Positions 41,569 to 53,663 of a DNA stretch of 64,000 bases are shown piece by piece. The stretch comes from Methanothermococcus sp. Ax23 (GTDB taxonomy: Archaea; AGJL01; Methanococci; Methanococcales; Methanococcaceae). The notes under the pieces were generated by a model that ran no database searches, had not been told where the DNA came from, and saw only the letters and a list, made by a program, of their open reading frames with translations. Where the stretch lies: the NCBI RefSeq assembly GCF_049075655.1, contig NZ_CP157522.1, forward strand, positions 1,504,001-1,568,000, read 5' to 3'. Numbering within the stretch: position 1 is the stretch's first letter; the number at the start of each line of letters is the position of its first letter. Made by a program: the position numbers and the translations under genes.

Positions 41569-42270
41569 TCAATATTGGTTTTTGTTTTTAATGTCCTTAA
41601 AATAAAGACCATGTTCTTTAAGGAATACTGAGACCTGCTCTTTTAAATAATCATCACTTGAAACAATGCCATGAGGGTAAATATAAACCTTATTTTCAAT
41701 ATTTATTCTTGGATGATTGAGTTCAAGTTGCACATCATCTAAAAGGCATTTTTTCAGATGATTTGTAGTTTTTGTTAGATTCAAGAGCATGGGAGGATTG
41801 TATGGTGGGTTATTTTTTGGCAGGTTCCATCTTGTGCCGTAATATATAACATAACTGGGGTTTATTAGAATAACAACTTCACCATGTATTTCCAAAACAA
41901 GAGTCCATGAAAACACACCTCTTGTGAACCCCAAAAGCCTCCCGAGGTAGGTTGTTTTTGGGTTGTTGTAGCAAACCTTCAAAGTTCGTCCAACAATCCT
42001 TGAAAGTGCTTCTTTTGTATGTATGTTTTTTGGATTTGTGGGCAGGGAAGTTTTTGGGAGTATATTTATGGGGATGCATTTTTCTGGTTTAATCATATGA
42101 AGTGCTTTTAAAGGATAAAAATAACAATGATTCTTTTTATTTAGCATCACAATGCCTTCCATTAATCCATTGAAATCAGATTTTATAATCTTGCCCCTGT
42201 ATGTATTAAAGGACTTATTAAGTGTAAATTCTGCAAATATGTCATTTTTTAATACATATTTTGGTTTCAA
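41569..42270 (-). CDS. Hypothetical protein
   Basis: Long ORF; start uncertain (TTG 42270 vs ATG 42348). Confidence 0.65.
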   Translation of the reverse strand: MKPKYVLKNDIFAEFTLNKSFNTYRGKIIKSDFNGLMEGIVMLNKKNHCYFYPLKALHMIKPEKCIPINILPKTSLPTNPKNIHTKEALSRIVGRTLKVCYNNPKTTYLGRLLGFTRGVFSWTLVLEIHGEVVILINPSYVIYYGTRWNLPKNNPPYNPPMLLNLTKTTNHLKKCLLDDVQLELNHPRINIENKVYIYPHGIVSSDDYLKEQVSVFLKEHGLYFKDIKNKNQY

Positions 42271-42408
42271 AGTAAAAACCCCCAATATTATTAAAATTAT
42301 TTTAAATCGCTCATTTTTTAAATTTTGATAACGTGTATTTAACACCATATTAAATTAAAAAATTAAAATATTGTATATAATATAAATAATATATGTAATA
42401 TATAATAT

Positions 42409-43314
42409 TTATTCAAATAATTCTCTTAATTTTATCTGGAATTTACCTAATTTTCCACCGTAGTTTCCTGCTGTGATTTTCTTAACTCCTTTAACAGTTG
42501 TAGCTGCTAAAATTCCTGCCTTTGTAGCTTCTTTAACTGCTTCTTCATCAACACCATCGATTACAATTTCATAAACTCCATTTACATCTTCTGGAACTTC
42601 TGAATCTTCAACAGCATCCTTTAATGTTGGGCACATTTTGTGGTTTGTTGTAGCAACCATGAAGTTGTATTTTGGATTTGAAGCTCCTACTTTACTTCCT
42701 GATGCAACAATTCCACCTGGGAATGGTGTAATGGTTTTTTCTACTGCGTTTATAGCATCTATTGCAGCTTCTGCTGCTGTTAAAGCTGTCATGTTGCTGT
42801 CAGCCATTATAAAGAAGTTTCCTCCTGCAACTCCTTTCTTAATACCCAATTTGCTTTCAACTACGAATTCTCCACCCATTACTGGTATTTTATAAACTGT
42901 TCTTTCTCCAACTTTGTCTTTTTTCTCGTATCCATCTCCGAAGAATTTTAATTTAAACCCTACTTTTAACTGCTCATCAGCATCTTCTCCCATAGCATCA
43001 AATACTGCTGTTGTAGGTGCTGTTAAAACACACTGTCCCAATCTTTCCAACAACTGATGTTCGAGCTCGGATTTTTTAGGGTGGCATATTTCTATAATGT
43101 ATCCTGGTCTTCCATCTGGTGTTTCTGTTGGTGGAACATATTTTTCAATACCTGCTTCTGCTGGACACATGATAACTGAACATCCAAATCCTGTTGCTTC
43201 TGTTGCTGCTATTTTTGCAAGTCTTTCTGTTGCTGCTGTAATTAAAACTCTTGAAACCCATATTGGGAATGCTTCTGCAAATGTATCTTCTATAAATACA
43301 CCATTTATTTCCAT
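42409..43314 (-). CDS. ftr: Formylmethanofuran--tetrahydromethanopterin formyltransferase
   Basis: [43 protein letters not shown]. Confidence 0.98.
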   Translation of the reverse strand: MEINGVFIEDTFAEAFPIWVSRVLITAATERLAKIAATEATGFGCSVIMCPAEAGIEKYVPPTETPDGRPGYIIEICHPKKSELEHQLLERLGQCVLTAPTTAVFDAMGEDADEQLKVGFKLKFFGDGYEKKDKVGERTVYKIPVMGGEFVVESKLGIKKGVAGGNFFIMADSNMTALTAAEAAIDAINAVEKTITPFPGGIVASGSKVGASNPKYNFMVATTNHKMCPTLKDAVEDSEVPEDVNGVYEIVIDGVDEEAVKEATKAGILAATTVKGVKKITAGNYGGKLGKFQIKLRELFE

Positions 43315-43568
43315 GATTTCACCTTTTTTATCTTTTATTTATTTTTTATATTTTTATATTTTTATTTTATTTTTCTTCTTTTTTATCTTTTTTCTAATGT
43401 ATATTTATATAATGTATATCGCTATATTGATAAACCATAATGAAGCAAACATTCATTTATGGTTTTACTTCTTATTTTTTAAATACTAAATATTAACAGT
43501 ATAAAATTAATTAAACTAATATTAATAATTTATTATTTAATTTTTTAATTATTATTTATTTTAATTTT

Positions 43569-44360
43569 TTATTCATCATCAGTATTTTTTGCAGTATCCA
43601 ATACAGTATAACTTATCTTATTTTTATCCAGTACCTTCACAATCTTTTCAGTCATCTTCCCAGTAATGAGACATAAGACATCACAACCTCTATTGCAGGC
43701 ACTCACAACCCCTTCCGGAACTGCAAATCTTATATCTGGATTGATACCCAATTTTTTAGATACTACATAGGATATAGTTCCCATACTTGCTGTTACTGCA
43801 TCTTTATTTTCATCAAATATGTTTTTGATTAAATTGTAATCCACGTTCTGAGAACCTCCTTTAACCTTTGGAGGTATCTTTAATATAATAACCTTTCCTT
43901 TTTTTATTTCTATCATGCCTGTTATGTCAGTTATGGCGATATCTTCCCCTTTTTTACCGCCTTCAACAACTTTTGCGGTGGATTCTGATTTAATAGATTT
44001 TGAGGCGTATAAATGTCCTTTTTTCATGAATAAATATGCTTCATCCCCTTCTTTCAAATCTTCATAGGCGATGGCAGGCCATATTTCTTTATATCTATAT
44101 ATATCCTGATTTACATCGTTTAAATAATTTTTAAACTCAGAAATCCATGTTTTTAACGCCCTCATTCCTTTATCTGTAAGGACATATTCCCCTCGACCTC
44201 TTGATTTGATATAATCCTTCTTTAAAAGATTTCTTATATGTTCAGAAACTCCCTGAACTGTTATGCCTAAAACTTCTGCTATTTCTTTCTGTTTTATATG
44301 TGGCTGTTTTCTTACAATTTCAGAAAGTATTTGAAACTCAGTAATATTCCTCTTCTTCAT
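43569..44360 (-). CDS. MarR-like winged-helix transcriptional regulator (archaeal)
   Basis: EFQIL.EI..KQP..KQKEIAE.LGITVQGVSEHIR.L HTH; GGTGA RBS at ATG 44360. Confidence 0.85.
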   Translation of the reverse strand: MKKRNITEFQILSEIVRKQPHIKQKEIAEVLGITVQGVSEHIRNLLKKDYIKSRGRGEYVLTDKGMRALKTWISEFKNYLNDVNQDIYRYKEIWPAIAYEDLKEGDEAYLFMKKGHLYASKSIKSESTAKVVEGGKKGEDIAITDITGMIEIKKGKVIILKIPPKVKGGSQNVDYNLIKNIFDENKDAVTASMGTISYVVSKKLGINPDIRFAVPEGVVSACNRGCDVLCLITGKMTEKIVKVLDKNKISYTVLDTAKNTDDE

Positions 44361-44679
44361 GTTATCACCAAATGAAACGAAAGTGAGCTCTGAAAGAACA
44401 ATAGGTTCGCAAAAATATGAAATAATTTTTAATTGCTTCCAATTATATGAAAACCTTTTCGATTTTATGCTCAAATTGGAGATTTATTCAACAGCAAGTG
44501 TAATGAGCACACGAGACTATAAAATCCCATGGATTTCATTTAATCACCAATATTATTTATATTATACATGACAATAAACTATTATTATTATATTATTGTA
44601 TTTTAGTTAATAAAGATATGTTTATTATAATTTATATATTTATTCAAATTATGTTTATTTACAACACATTGGTGATGAT

Positions 44680-45477
44680 ATGGTGGATATTCTTTTGGTA
44701 AATGATGATGGGATATACTCGAATGGATTGCTGGCGTTAAAATCTGTTTTAAAGGAGGAGTTAGATGCTAATGTTGTAATTGTAGCTCCAACAAACCAGC
44801 AAAGCGGAGTTGGTAGGGCCATTAGTCTATTTGAACCTTTAAGGATAACCAAGACAAGACTTTCTAATGGAGATTACGGTTATGCAGTTTCAGGGACTCC
44901 CACAGACTGCGTAATATTGGGAATTTATAAAATCTTAAAAAAGATTCCTGATATAGTTATTTCGGGCATAAATGTGGGTGAGAATTTAGGGACTGAAATA
45001 ACGACTTCTGGAACACTTGGGGCAGCATTTGAAGGGGCTCACCATGGGGCAAAATCCCTCGCATGTTCATTACAAATTACTGCTGACCATTTGAAATTTA
45101 GGGAAGGGGAAACACCAGTGGATTTCATCACACCTTCAAAAATTACATCTAAGATTGTTAAAAAATATCTCGATGGTAATTTTCCATGTGATGTGATTAA
45201 TTTAAATATCCCTGAGGATGCGGACGAAAATACGCCAATAGAAATTACAAAATTGGCAAAAAAGATGTACACCACCCATGTGGAAGAAAGAACCGACCCT
45301 AGAGGGAGGGATTACTACTGGATAGATGGTTATCCAATAATGGAAGAAGAGGAGGGGACAGATGTATATGTTCTGAGAAAAAAAGGTCATATATCATTAA
45401 CACCCCTCACCCTGGATACTACCATAAAAAACCTAAATGAATTTAAAGATAAATATGAAAAAGTATTAAATTATTAA
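44680..45477 (+). CDS. surE: 5'/3'-nucleotidase SurE
   Basis: ILLVNDDGI, GTPTDCV, SGINVGENLG, SGTLGAA.E, DPRGRDYYW. Confidence 0.97.
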   Translation: MVDILLVNDDGIYSNGLLALKSVLKEELDANVVIVAPTNQQSGVGRAISLFEPLRITKTRLSNGDYGYAVSGTPTDCVILGIYKILKKIPDIVISGINVGENLGTEITTSGTLGAAFEGAHHGAKSLACSLQITADHLKFREGETPVDFITPSKITSKIVKKYLDGNFPCDVINLNIPEDADENTPIEITKLAKKMYTTHVEERTDPRGRDYYWIDGYPIMEEEEGTDVYVLRKKGHISLTPLTLDTTIKNLNEFKDKYEKVLNY

Positions 45478-45546
45478 TCTAATTTGCACAATGTGATGAT
45501 ATATTTAAGTTTATATATTTAATTTATTATTGAATAATTTAAATGC

Positions 45547-46236
45547 GTGATATACATGTGGGAAAAATTAAGTAATTTAAAAAAATTTTATGTGAAAAAG
45601 AGCAGTAGAAAGGGAACCGATAGAATGGCACTTTTGATAGATGGTCCAAATATGTTGAGAAAGGAATTTAATATAGATTTGGATAAAATAAGAGAGGTTT
45701 TAGATGAATTTGGAAGCATTATAATTGGGAGGGTTTATTTAAATCAGTATGCATCGGATAAATTAATCGAGGCTATTGCAAATCAAGGTTTTGAGCCAAG
45801 AATCTCAGCAGGAGATGTTGATGTGGAGATGGCTGTGGAGGGAACAGAGCTCATATTCAACAATAACATTGATACCATTGTTTATATGACTAGGGATGCA
45901 GATTTCCTCCCTGCAATTAGAAAGGCTAAGGAACACGGTAAAAAGATTATAGTAATAGGGGCAGAACCTGGTTTCAGCACGGCAATTCAAAATATAGCAG
46001 ACCATGTAATTAAAATAGAAGAAGATTTTGAGTTGGATAGGGAAAAATTAGAACAAAAAAAGAAGGATAAAAAGAACCATGATGATAAAAAAGAGAGAGA
46101 AAAAGAATATAATAAAAGAAACGATGAAAAAGAAGAATATGATAATAATGAGGAACGGGATTTCTACAATGAAGAAGAGGGATATAATAAGGATAAATCG
46201 TCAATTATGAATAAAATAAACTGGTTTAAAAAATAG
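45547..46236 (+). CDS. NYN domain protein (TIGR00288-like) with a charged low-complexity tail
   Basis: LLIDGPNMLRKEF, DVDVEMA, TRDADFLP, GFSTAIQN.AD. Confidence 0.9.
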   Translation: MIYMWEKLSNLKKFYVKKSSRKGTDRMALLIDGPNMLRKEFNIDLDKIREVLDEFGSIIIGRVYLNQYASDKLIEAIANQGFEPRISAGDVDVEMAVEGTELIFNNNIDTIVYMTRDADFLPAIRKAKEHGKKIIVIGAEPGFSTAIQNIADHVIKIEEDFELDREKLEQKKKDKKNHDDKKEREKEYNKRNDEKEEYDNNEERDFYNEEEGYNKDKSSIMNKINWFKK

Positions 46237-46326
46237 ATGGCATATAATTAATGAATAATCCAAAAAATAAATAAAAAAATAGTAATAATAAGCAAATAAG
46301 AAATAAAATAAATCAATTTTACTATT

Positions 46327-46418
46327 TGCTTGCGGTAGCAAGCGACCTAAAACCTTTGGTTTTAAGTTTTACTCATTTCATTCGTAAATGCAATAAAATG
46401 CGAAGCATTTTATCTATT
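46327..46418 (-). repeat. Four-hairpin micro-element immediately 3' of mrtA
   Basis: Reverse complement AATAGATAAAATGC ttc GCATTTTATTG / TTTAC..GTAAA / TAAAACC aaa GGTTTTA / CGCTTGC tacc GCAAGC; parallels 37075-37169. Confidence 0.85.
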
Positions 46419-46420
46419 TT

Positions 46421-48079
46421 TTAATGATTTCCGGGAATAATTAAATCCCTTTCACCCGCAGGTTCAAACTCCCTCAGAGCTCCTTTTGCAATGCACTTTC
46501 TTGGCCACTTAAAGTCAAATACCAGGTGCTTATCTGCAAATGCTACTTTAACAAGTGGGTTAAAGCAGAAGGCGTCTCCTCTTGCAGCGTGTGGTGCCTG
46601 GGCTATACCTGTATATTCTGGCTGATGTCCTACATTCATGGCATAGTTTGGATAGTTTGGACCTCTTGCCTCATGCAATGCACCTTCGTCAGCTCTAATG
46701 GATACGGAGTTTGCTGCTCCACACTGGTCTTGTAAGTCATATCCATAGAACCCCAATCTACTGTGGTATTCTTTGTGTAATATCTGGCTTAGATACCATC
46801 CATTAATTCCAGCATTTGAATTTCCTGTGGCAAATGCAACGGAACAGCCTGCTGCTGCTGCAACAACTCCTGTCCTCTGAGAACCTCCAAAGTGGTCTTC
46901 CAATAATGTAGGGTATTCATCATACTGTTCCATACCATACAATGTTACTTCTGTCGCAATATCCCTCACAACATCCATCGAAGCCTCTACACCACACATC
47001 CCATATTTGTCTTCCACATAATCCTTTCCATAATACACAAAATCATCCAAAATATCATCTGTATAGGTCGCACTTGCATACTGTGTAAATCCTACCCCTC
47101 CTGACATGTAGGAGCCAAGCCATACTTGGTCGTAGAATGTTGCCGCAGCTCCGATTACCTCCAAGGTCACTTCCGCAGGGTCATCACATACCCTTGATGT
47201 TTGAATTATGTCGGCAAATACACCGAATGGAACTCCCCCTGGTTCATTTGCCCCTCTTGCCCTTCTTGCAGGAAGTATTGTTCCCATCTGGATAACATCT
47301 GCGTGTTTTGCCGCATATGAGAAATCAGCAATTGCAGCTTCCCCAGCACAGAGTTTGTATGCCGTAATAAATGACATTCCAATCTGCATAGCAGACCATC
47401 TTGAAACTGTTCCACCATCACAGCACCTTACAACTACTGTTGGAACCCTTGAAACCTGATATGTTTTATTTCCAATGTATTTTTTTAACATCTCTGCCTG
47501 TTCTTCTGGGAACTCTTTGTTTATGTCGATTAAAAATCTTTTGTCGAGCTCATCTGCTAATTCATCATTTCCTGTAAATATTTTTGCATAGCAATCCCAA
47601 ACTAAACCTGGATGAACCTCAACCATGTGCTCCTGAACAACGGCACCTCCTGGCAGTGCGTGATTAACTGTTTCCATATATTCGTTTATTGTTTCAGGCG
47701 TAACCTCTACACCGAGCCTTTTTTCAAGAACAGCATGTCCTGTGTCCATACCTACAATGACCGTCCTTTTAATATCATCTACAAGCTGCTGAATTGCCGC
47801 GTTATTACAAAAGTGCAAATCATCTCCTTCCACATACTCGTCTGTTCCAGATATTTTATAGGTCATTAATGTTCTTTGTCCCAATGGAACTCCAATATCT
47901 GGGTTGTATCCGGGAATTCCCCTTTTTGATGTTATTTCCTGAGCTGCTTCATAGAACTCTCTTTTTCTTGCAGACTGTTTCCATCCTCCGAAGCAGTAAA
48001 AGCTCGTGTATTTTTCTTTTGGGTCTTCTTCGAATTTTTCCTTCAACGCCTTTAAGAACAATTTCTTTTCAGCATCCAT
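46421..48079 (-). CDS. mrtA: Methyl-coenzyme M reductase II alpha subunit
   Basis: [54 protein letters not shown]; operon BDGA lacks C. Confidence 0.95.
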   Translation of the reverse strand: MDAEKKLFLKALKEKFEEDPKEKYTSFYCFGGWKQSARKREFYEAAQEITSKRGIPGYNPDIGVPLGQRTLMTYKISGTDEYVEGDDLHFCNNAAIQQLVDDIKRTVIVGMDTGHAVLEKRLGVEVTPETINEYMETVNHALPGGAVVQEHMVEVHPGLVWDCYAKIFTGNDELADELDKRFLIDINKEFPEEQAEMLKKYIGNKTYQVSRVPTVVVRCCDGGTVSRWSAMQIGMSFITAYKLCAGEAAIADFSYAAKHADVIQMGTILPARRARGANEPGGVPFGVFADIIQTSRVCDDPAEVTLEVIGAAATFYDQVWLGSYMSGGVGFTQYASATYTDDILDDFVYYGKDYVEDKYGMCGVEASMDVVRDIATEVTLYGMEQYDEYPTLLEDHFGGSQRTGVVAAAAGCSVAFATGNSNAGINGWYLSQILHKEYHSRLGFYGYDLQDQCGAANSVSIRADEGALHEARGPNYPNYAMNVGHQPEYTGIAQAPHAARGDAFCFNPLVKVAFADKHLVFDFKWPRKCIAKGALREFEPAGERDLIIPGNH

Positions 48080-48882
48080 TATTCCTCACCTAATCTCTTT
48101 TTCAAATCGTGTTTAAATGCGTTCATTCCAAATCCGCCTTCACTCCTTGCCACATGTATTGTTTCAACAACCTCTAATGCCTCTTTGTCTTCCCTCATTC
48201 CAATATTGTCCTTTCTATAAATGGTCGTAATTTTTGCAAGATATTCTTGTGGAAGCGGTTCTCCAACATCTACTGGTTCATCCAAAGGTATTCCAACTTG
48301 TTCCTTTACATACAGAACATGCCCTGTTTTTTCATCGTAGATGTATCTCTGCAATCCATCAAACATGAGCCCATTTTCATCTAACCTCAATGAGTGCCCA
48401 TGCACAGTAGCTCCTCTCATACCACATGTTGCAGGGTCAAAGATTTCTGTTTCAACTAACCACTTTGAAATCTTTTCCAAGTCGAGCTCCCTTATTTCAA
48501 TAACCTGCCTTCCTGAGAGTGTCCCAGTATCTACTCCCCTAAATCTCCACATGTATGTTCTAGCTCTATCATAAGGTTGAGCTGGTGCGTTATACATAGA
48601 ATCTGCAAACTGAATATATCTAACCCTTATACCTTCTTTTGCTCCTTCAATTGGTTCTACAAGGTCTTTAATTGCATCCTCTTCAAAGTCCATTTCTTCC
48701 AATGGTGGGTGAACTGTTCTATAACTTTCTCCGGGGTTTCTATGTCCCAGAACTCTGACCAAATCATCATCTGAAATTTCCCTTAGTTTTTTTAATTCAC
48801 AGTTCGGGTCCATGTGCTTTCTTCTATTTTCACCTATTATCGTTTCCCCAGGGTAAAACTGCGGTTTATAATTCCCTTTCAT
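48079..48882 (-). CDS. mrtG: Methyl-coenzyme M reductase II gamma subunit
   Basis: [40 protein letters not shown]. Confidence 0.95.
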   Translation of the reverse strand: MKGNYKPQFYPGETIIGENRRKHMDPNCELKKLREISDDDLVRVLGHRNPGESYRTVHPPLEEMDFEEDAIKDLVEPIEGAKEGIRVRYIQFADSMYNAPAQPYDRARTYMWRFRGVDTGTLSGRQVIEIRELDLEKISKWLVETEIFDPATCGMRGATVHGHSLRLDENGLMFDGLQRYIYDEKTGHVLYVKEQVGIPLDEPVDVGEPLPQEYLAKITTIYRKDNIGMREDKEALEVVETIHVARSEGGFGMNAFKHDLKKRLGEE

Positions 48883-49377
48883 TTAATCACCTTTAATCAT
48901 CTTAACTTTATCAGAAGTTCTTGCAGTAGGGTCAGCCATTCCTATTAATCTAGGGTCTATTTTATCCTCAAACCCTTCTCCATACTTTAAATAGTCGGAA
49001 ACTGTTGGTTTTACTTTTGTAAATGCTCCCAAGTTCAAATTATAACCGAATGGGAATGCTTTTTTACATATTTCATCTAATTTTTCTGAGAGCTCTACAC
49101 TTTTTTCGTATGGAACTGTGATGATGAATTTCCCAACCTTAACGGTTAGTTCAACATCTTTCCCATTAACATTGATGACTTTCCTATCTGGATGATTTAC
49201 AGGGGTGCCTCTTGCAGGTCCGTAATAAACATATTTTGGTAAAGATTGACCATGAATAATTACCCTTATTATGTCCTTTCCAAGACTATAAATTGAATTT
49301 AACACTCTTTCAGTGGTTTCGGGCTTTAAATATCTGTAAGGGAATATTTGAATATCTACGGCTTTTATTTCTTCCAT
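48883..49377 (-). CDS. mrtD: Methyl-coenzyme M reductase operon protein D
   Basis: IFP.RYLKPETTE, HGQSLP..V.YGPARG.PVNHPDRK, F.K..PTVSDY.KYG. Confidence 0.93.
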   Translation of the reverse strand: MEEIKAVDIQIFPYRYLKPETTERVLNSIYSLGKDIIRVIIHGQSLPKYVYYGPARGTPVNHPDRKVINVNGKDVELTVKVGKFIITVPYEKSVELSEKLDEICKKAFPFGYNLNLGAFTKVKPTVSDYLKYGEGFEDKIDPRLIGMADPTARTSDKVKMIKGD

Positions 49378-49440
49378 AATTTCACCCATGAGCTTTAATA
49401 ATAAATATGTAGCAAGATAATGCACTAAGAAGGTTAAATT

Positions 49441-50775
49441 TTAAAGTTTATCTCTAATCTCTGAGACCCCCAAGGCAACATGCTTCAACGGCTCCCTCAG
49501 ATAGTCAATGGCACTATAAACCATACCTACCAATGAAGATGTTTTTTCAACGGAAAACATCTGAGTTCCTGCATCAAGGCACATGGCAGCGGCGGCACAT
49601 GGAATGGCAAATCCTTTACTATGTCTTGTAACTACGTGGTTTCCATGGAATGTTCCTGGACCTCCACCGCCGTAGATAGAATGACTGAAAAAGCTGAAAC
49701 CTACCCCAGTTCCCTCTGTTCTACCGAAATCAACACCCGGCAATCCAGTTTCATATTCAAGAATATCGTTGTAATAAAGCACCGTTGAAGCTACACCCTG
49801 TGCAGCCCTTGCTGCCCCAACATTCACCATAATGGATGCAACCAATCCCGCCGCTGCATAAGCATTCCACAATGCCCAGTCAGCAGGTTCATAAACTACA
49901 AATCCCGATGGCATGGTTTTTGATGGTTTAATTACTTTGTCCTCCAGAGCTCTTTCAACAACTGATGCTACAACAGTTCCCACTGTTCCGCTTTTACCGT
50001 TTTCTTTAACAATCTCATAAACAAGGTTGTTAGCGTTCAATCCTTGGAATGCTAAACCAAGTAAGTGGTATCTTTCAAATGCACCTACTGCATCCCCTGT
50101 TTCAAACATTGCCGTTTGTTCTAAAATGGATGACAACGCCACGGCATTTAATGTCTTTTTTCTTGTGATTGCCACGACGTGGTTTGCCATGATATTTCTC
50201 AACCCATATCCGAGACCTTCAAGCATTACAGGCGGACCAAGCAATGCCGCAATATTTGCACCGTGGAAATCTATTGATTGAGGATATCTTCCCAAAACCG
50301 CAGTTTTAATATTTGGTGCATTAAACATATTCACGTCAAAAGTATCAACTATTGACTGAGTTACCGCAGCTCCTGTGGCTAAGGTGGATATCGTATAATC
50401 GGCAGCTACTTTTAACCTCTTTGAAGGCAGCTGAACAAGCATTTGATTTCCATTGTTAATCAATTTAACAACTGTATCGTCCCCATCATGCACTTGAATC
50501 AGTTTTTTTACCTTTTCTGCAATAATTTCGGCATTTTCTACTATTGGCAAATCGAGCTCTCTCCCAGGGCAAACGCATGCCTTACCTCCAATTGCCCCAC
50601 TTTTTAGTGCATTCTGAATTCCAGACAGATTTACTGCAACAGACCTCTTAACATCGCCAATTATTTTCTCCACCGTTGGATTGATAATTGGGCTTATGGC
50701 GTCCAGTGGCACATTTTCTTCAAGAAGTTTTCCCTTCTCATCATACAAATCTATTTTATCTTCATATATAGTCAT
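49441..50775 (-). CDS. mrtB: Methyl-coenzyme M reductase II beta subunit
   Basis: [51 protein letters not shown]. Confidence 0.95.
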   Translation of the reverse strand: MTIYEDKIDLYDEKGKLLEENVPLDAISPIINPTVEKIIGDVKRSVAVNLSGIQNALKSGAIGGKACVCPGRELDLPIVENAEIIAEKVKKLIQVHDGDDTVVKLINNGNQMLVQLPSKRLKVAADYTISTLATGAAVTQSIVDTFDVNMFNAPNIKTAVLGRYPQSIDFHGANIAALLGPPVMLEGLGYGLRNIMANHVVAITRKKTLNAVALSSILEQTAMFETGDAVGAFERYHLLGLAFQGLNANNLVYEIVKENGKSGTVGTVVASVVERALEDKVIKPSKTMPSGFVVYEPADWALWNAYAAAGLVASIMVNVGAARAAQGVASTVLYYNDILEYETGLPGVDFGRTEGTGVGFSFFSHSIYGGGGPGTFHGNHVVTRHSKGFAIPCAAAAMCLDAGTQMFSVEKTSSLVGMVYSAIDYLREPLKHVALGVSEIRDKL

Positions 50776-51173
50776 TCTAACACCTTAGTTTATACTATTT
50801 AAATAATAACTTTTTGTATAATTATAATATTTAGTATATAATATTTTCTATTAAATATTAAATAAATAAGATTATATACTGAAAAAATATTAAAACTATC
50901 ACACTGCAAAATAAATTACAATATTGACCCATAATAAATACATTAAAACATCGGCTAAATTGCTTTAAAAATGGCATTTTTTTGTGATATAGACATTAGA
51001 CATCATGCTGACCGACAACATTACTTCTAAATTTTGCAGATGCACAATAAAAACTAAAAAACTAAAATTTAGTATTTCCACATGTTTAGATTCACTCTTA
51101 GTTGTATGTGATAAATTGGAATATATTAAAACAATAATCAAAACTGCCCATTTTTACCTCCACTGTTTGTAGA

Positions 51174-51203
51174 ATTAGATGAAATTCCAAGGAATTTCAT
51201 ACT
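51174..51203 (+). repeat. Single head hairpin of the micro-element family
   Basis: ATTAG-ATGAAATTCC aa GGAATTTCAT. Confidence 0.65.
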
Positions 51204-51678
51204 ATTTGATAGATAAATTCGTGGGTTTTTGCATTATGCAAAGCGAGAAGTTTTACAGTAATAGTGAAGTTATATTATAAAATCCCGGGGCTTTATTCAA
51301 TCACTAATTTATCAATTCTTCGCTTAGCTTAGGAACTTCGTGGAAATACCATAGTAAGTTTTATGGATTGTTATTAATTTAGAGTGGCAAAGTTTAGAGT
51401 GGTTTATATTTGTTAGATTTGTGGTTCCTATGGTTTTTGACCCCCCAAATTATTATTTACAATAACTTATATATAATACTTTCTATCTATTTTGTAATAT
51501 TATTAATGAATTGGTTATACAATAATAATATGAAATAATTAAAATAATAAAATAAATATGAACATTTGAATAAATATTAACTATAATAGTATGATAGACA
51601 TTGAAGTTATGGAACTAAAAGTTAGAATATAGATTCCAATATATTATCAAATTAAATAAAATAAAAAAACGGTAAAAA

Positions 51679-52830
51679 ATGGATATCATGAACGCCATAG
51701 AAAAAATACAAAAAATAAGGAATGAATTGAACAGTTATTTTTTAGAAAGGAAGGAAGAGATAGACATCGCTCTAACTTCAATTTTGGCAAATGAGCACTG
51801 TATATTTTTAGGAAATCCGGGTGTTGCAAAATCCCAGTTAATCAGAGCGATTTCTTCCCATATATCTGATGCAGATTACTTTGAAAAACTCATTACACGA
51901 TTTTCAACAGAGGACGAGTTATTTGGTCCTTTAAGCATTAAAGAACTTAAAGATAATGATAGATTCACTAGAAAGACGGAAAATTATATGCCTGATGCAG
52001 AAATTGTATTTTTAGATGAGATTTTTAAGGCAAACAGTAGCATATTAAATGCACTGTTGTCCATAATAAACGAAAGAATATATCACAATGGTGATGAAGT
52101 CCAGGGAGCTCCCTTGATAAGTTTGTTTGGAGCATCCAATGAACTGCCCGAAGAAAATGGATTGTTTGCCTTTTATGACAGATTCTTGTTTAGGAAAATC
52201 GTTAAAAATATAAACAGCCGTGAAAATTTAAAAAAACTAGTTTATTTAGATGAGGATTATATACCAAAAACAAAGATTACCGTAGAGGATATTAAAAGAT
52301 TACAAAAAGAGGTTGAAAAAGTTAATATCGACGGTATTGTCGATTATCTGCTGGATATAAAAATGAAATTGAACCACCACAACATATTTATATCCGACAG
52401 ACGGCTTAAAAAATCCATTAAAGCCGTAAAAAGCTATGCATTGTTAAATGGAAAAAAAGAAGCTGATGAAAATGATTTAGAAATATTAAGACATATATTT
52501 TGGGACGAAGTGGAGGACTACCTTACAGTATCAAAGGTTATTTTTGAATGTTCAAACTCATATTCTCAGAAGGCATTGGAAAAGAAAGAGATTTTGGACA
52601 ATCTAAAAAAGGAATTAAAATACATCAACACTAAAAAAATCAAAAATTGCGGGAAGGATTATAACAAACTTATTGAAATGCTCTGCAAGGTTGGATATAT
52701 AAAATTAGAATTGAAAAAAATGAGAAGTGAGGCATCATCAAACGGCAAATCCTCGGAGGTTATAGATAACATATTAAATGACTGCAAAGAGTTTGATAAA
52801 ATCATTGAGGGGTTGCTGAATGAATTATAA
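51679..52830 (+). CDS. RavA/MoxR-family AAA+ ATPase
   Basis: LGNPGVAKS, TRFST.DELFGP, FLDEIFKA.SSILN.LL, ASNELP, DRFL, ISDRR. Confidence 0.92.
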   Translation: MDIMNAIEKIQKIRNELNSYFLERKEEIDIALTSILANEHCIFLGNPGVAKSQLIRAISSHISDADYFEKLITRFSTEDELFGPLSIKELKDNDRFTRKTENYMPDAEIVFLDEIFKANSSILNALLSIINERIYHNGDEVQGAPLISLFGASNELPEENGLFAFYDRFLFRKIVKNINSRENLKKLVYLDEDYIPKTKITVEDIKRLQKEVEKVNIDGIVDYLLDIKMKLNHHNIFISDRRLKKSIKAVKSYALLNGKKEADENDLEILRHIFWDEVEDYLTVSKVIFECSNSYSQKALEKKEILDNLKKELKYINTKKIKNCGKDYNKLIEMLCKVGYIKLELKKMRSEASSNGKSSEVIDNILNDCKEFDKIIEGLLNEL

Positions 52831-53455
52831 AAATAGAGATTACAAAAAAATGTTTAGATTGGATGACATATCAAAATTAAAGGCATTAAGTGAGATATAC
52901 AATAAAGATGTAGATGACATAATAGAATTAAATATCTTGGATGACATATTTACACTGATTAGGGAAACGCGGGAAAGGGATTTTGCTGACATTGTTTATG
53001 AATTTCAGACATTGGATACTAAAAATAGGGAAATAATATCCCTTGGAATAAAAATTATTGGAAAGGTTGGGGAAAAGTATGTGGAAGAGGTTTATAACTA
53101 CATACCATATCTTATAAAATCACTTGATAGTGAATTCGATATAATAAGACATGCCAGTGCCGGAGCTCTTGCAAAAATTCCCTCGAAATTAACAATATAT
53201 GCCTACCCAAAACTTATAAAAAATTTAAATGATGAAATTTATGCAGATGCCATAGTTTCTTTGATTTTTAAGACAGAGAATAAGGAGGCATTATTATTGA
53301 ATTTATATAAGAAATTTTGTGATGAATACTCGCCCCATGTTCTGCATATATTGAATAAAATCAAAGAACGAGATAAAAATTTAATAGAGGATTTTATGCC
53401 GTTGATTTTAAAGTATAGGGATAATCTTGGAGAAATAAGAAGACTGACGGATTAA
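52820..53455 (+). CDS. HEAT-repeat-like hypothetical protein
   Basis: LIKSLDSEFDIIRHASAGALAKI; overlaps the ATPase stop. Confidence 0.7.
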   Translation: MNYKNRDYKKMFRLDDISKLKALSEIYNKDVDDIIELNILDDIFTLIRETRERDFADIVYEFQTLDTKNREIISLGIKIIGKVGEKYVEEVYNYIPYLIKSLDSEFDIIRHASAGALAKIPSKLTIYAYPKLIKNLNDEIYADAIVSLIFKTENKEALLLNLYKKFCDEYSPHVLHILNKIKERDKNLIEDFMPLILKYRDNLGEIRRLTD

Positions 53456-53569
53456 TTAAATAGGATATTCCCTACGAATTAATTCTTTTAATAATATGCC
53501 ACCCTTACCGTCTTTTTATTTTAATCTTTTTTCGTTGTTATGTTGCTAATTATTCGAAAATTGTACTAA

Positions 53570-53600
53570 TATTCGAGTTTTGAACCAGAAAAGATATATT
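53570..53600 (+). promoter_or_regulatory. Candidate operator next to a TATA box (copy 1)
   Basis: TATTCGAGTTTTGAACCAGAAAAGATATAT, 17/18 identical to 54334-54351. Confidence 0.55.
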
Positions 53601-53663
53601 ACAGTCCCAATACACATAATAACGGGATTACGAAATGTAATCCTAAATACTGAGGTGAATTGA

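Noticed and set aside
51090-51160. GAGGT-ATG start on the minus strand (MGSFDYCFNIFQFITYN*)
   Set aside because: Only 17 codons with no recognisable homology; cannot be supported
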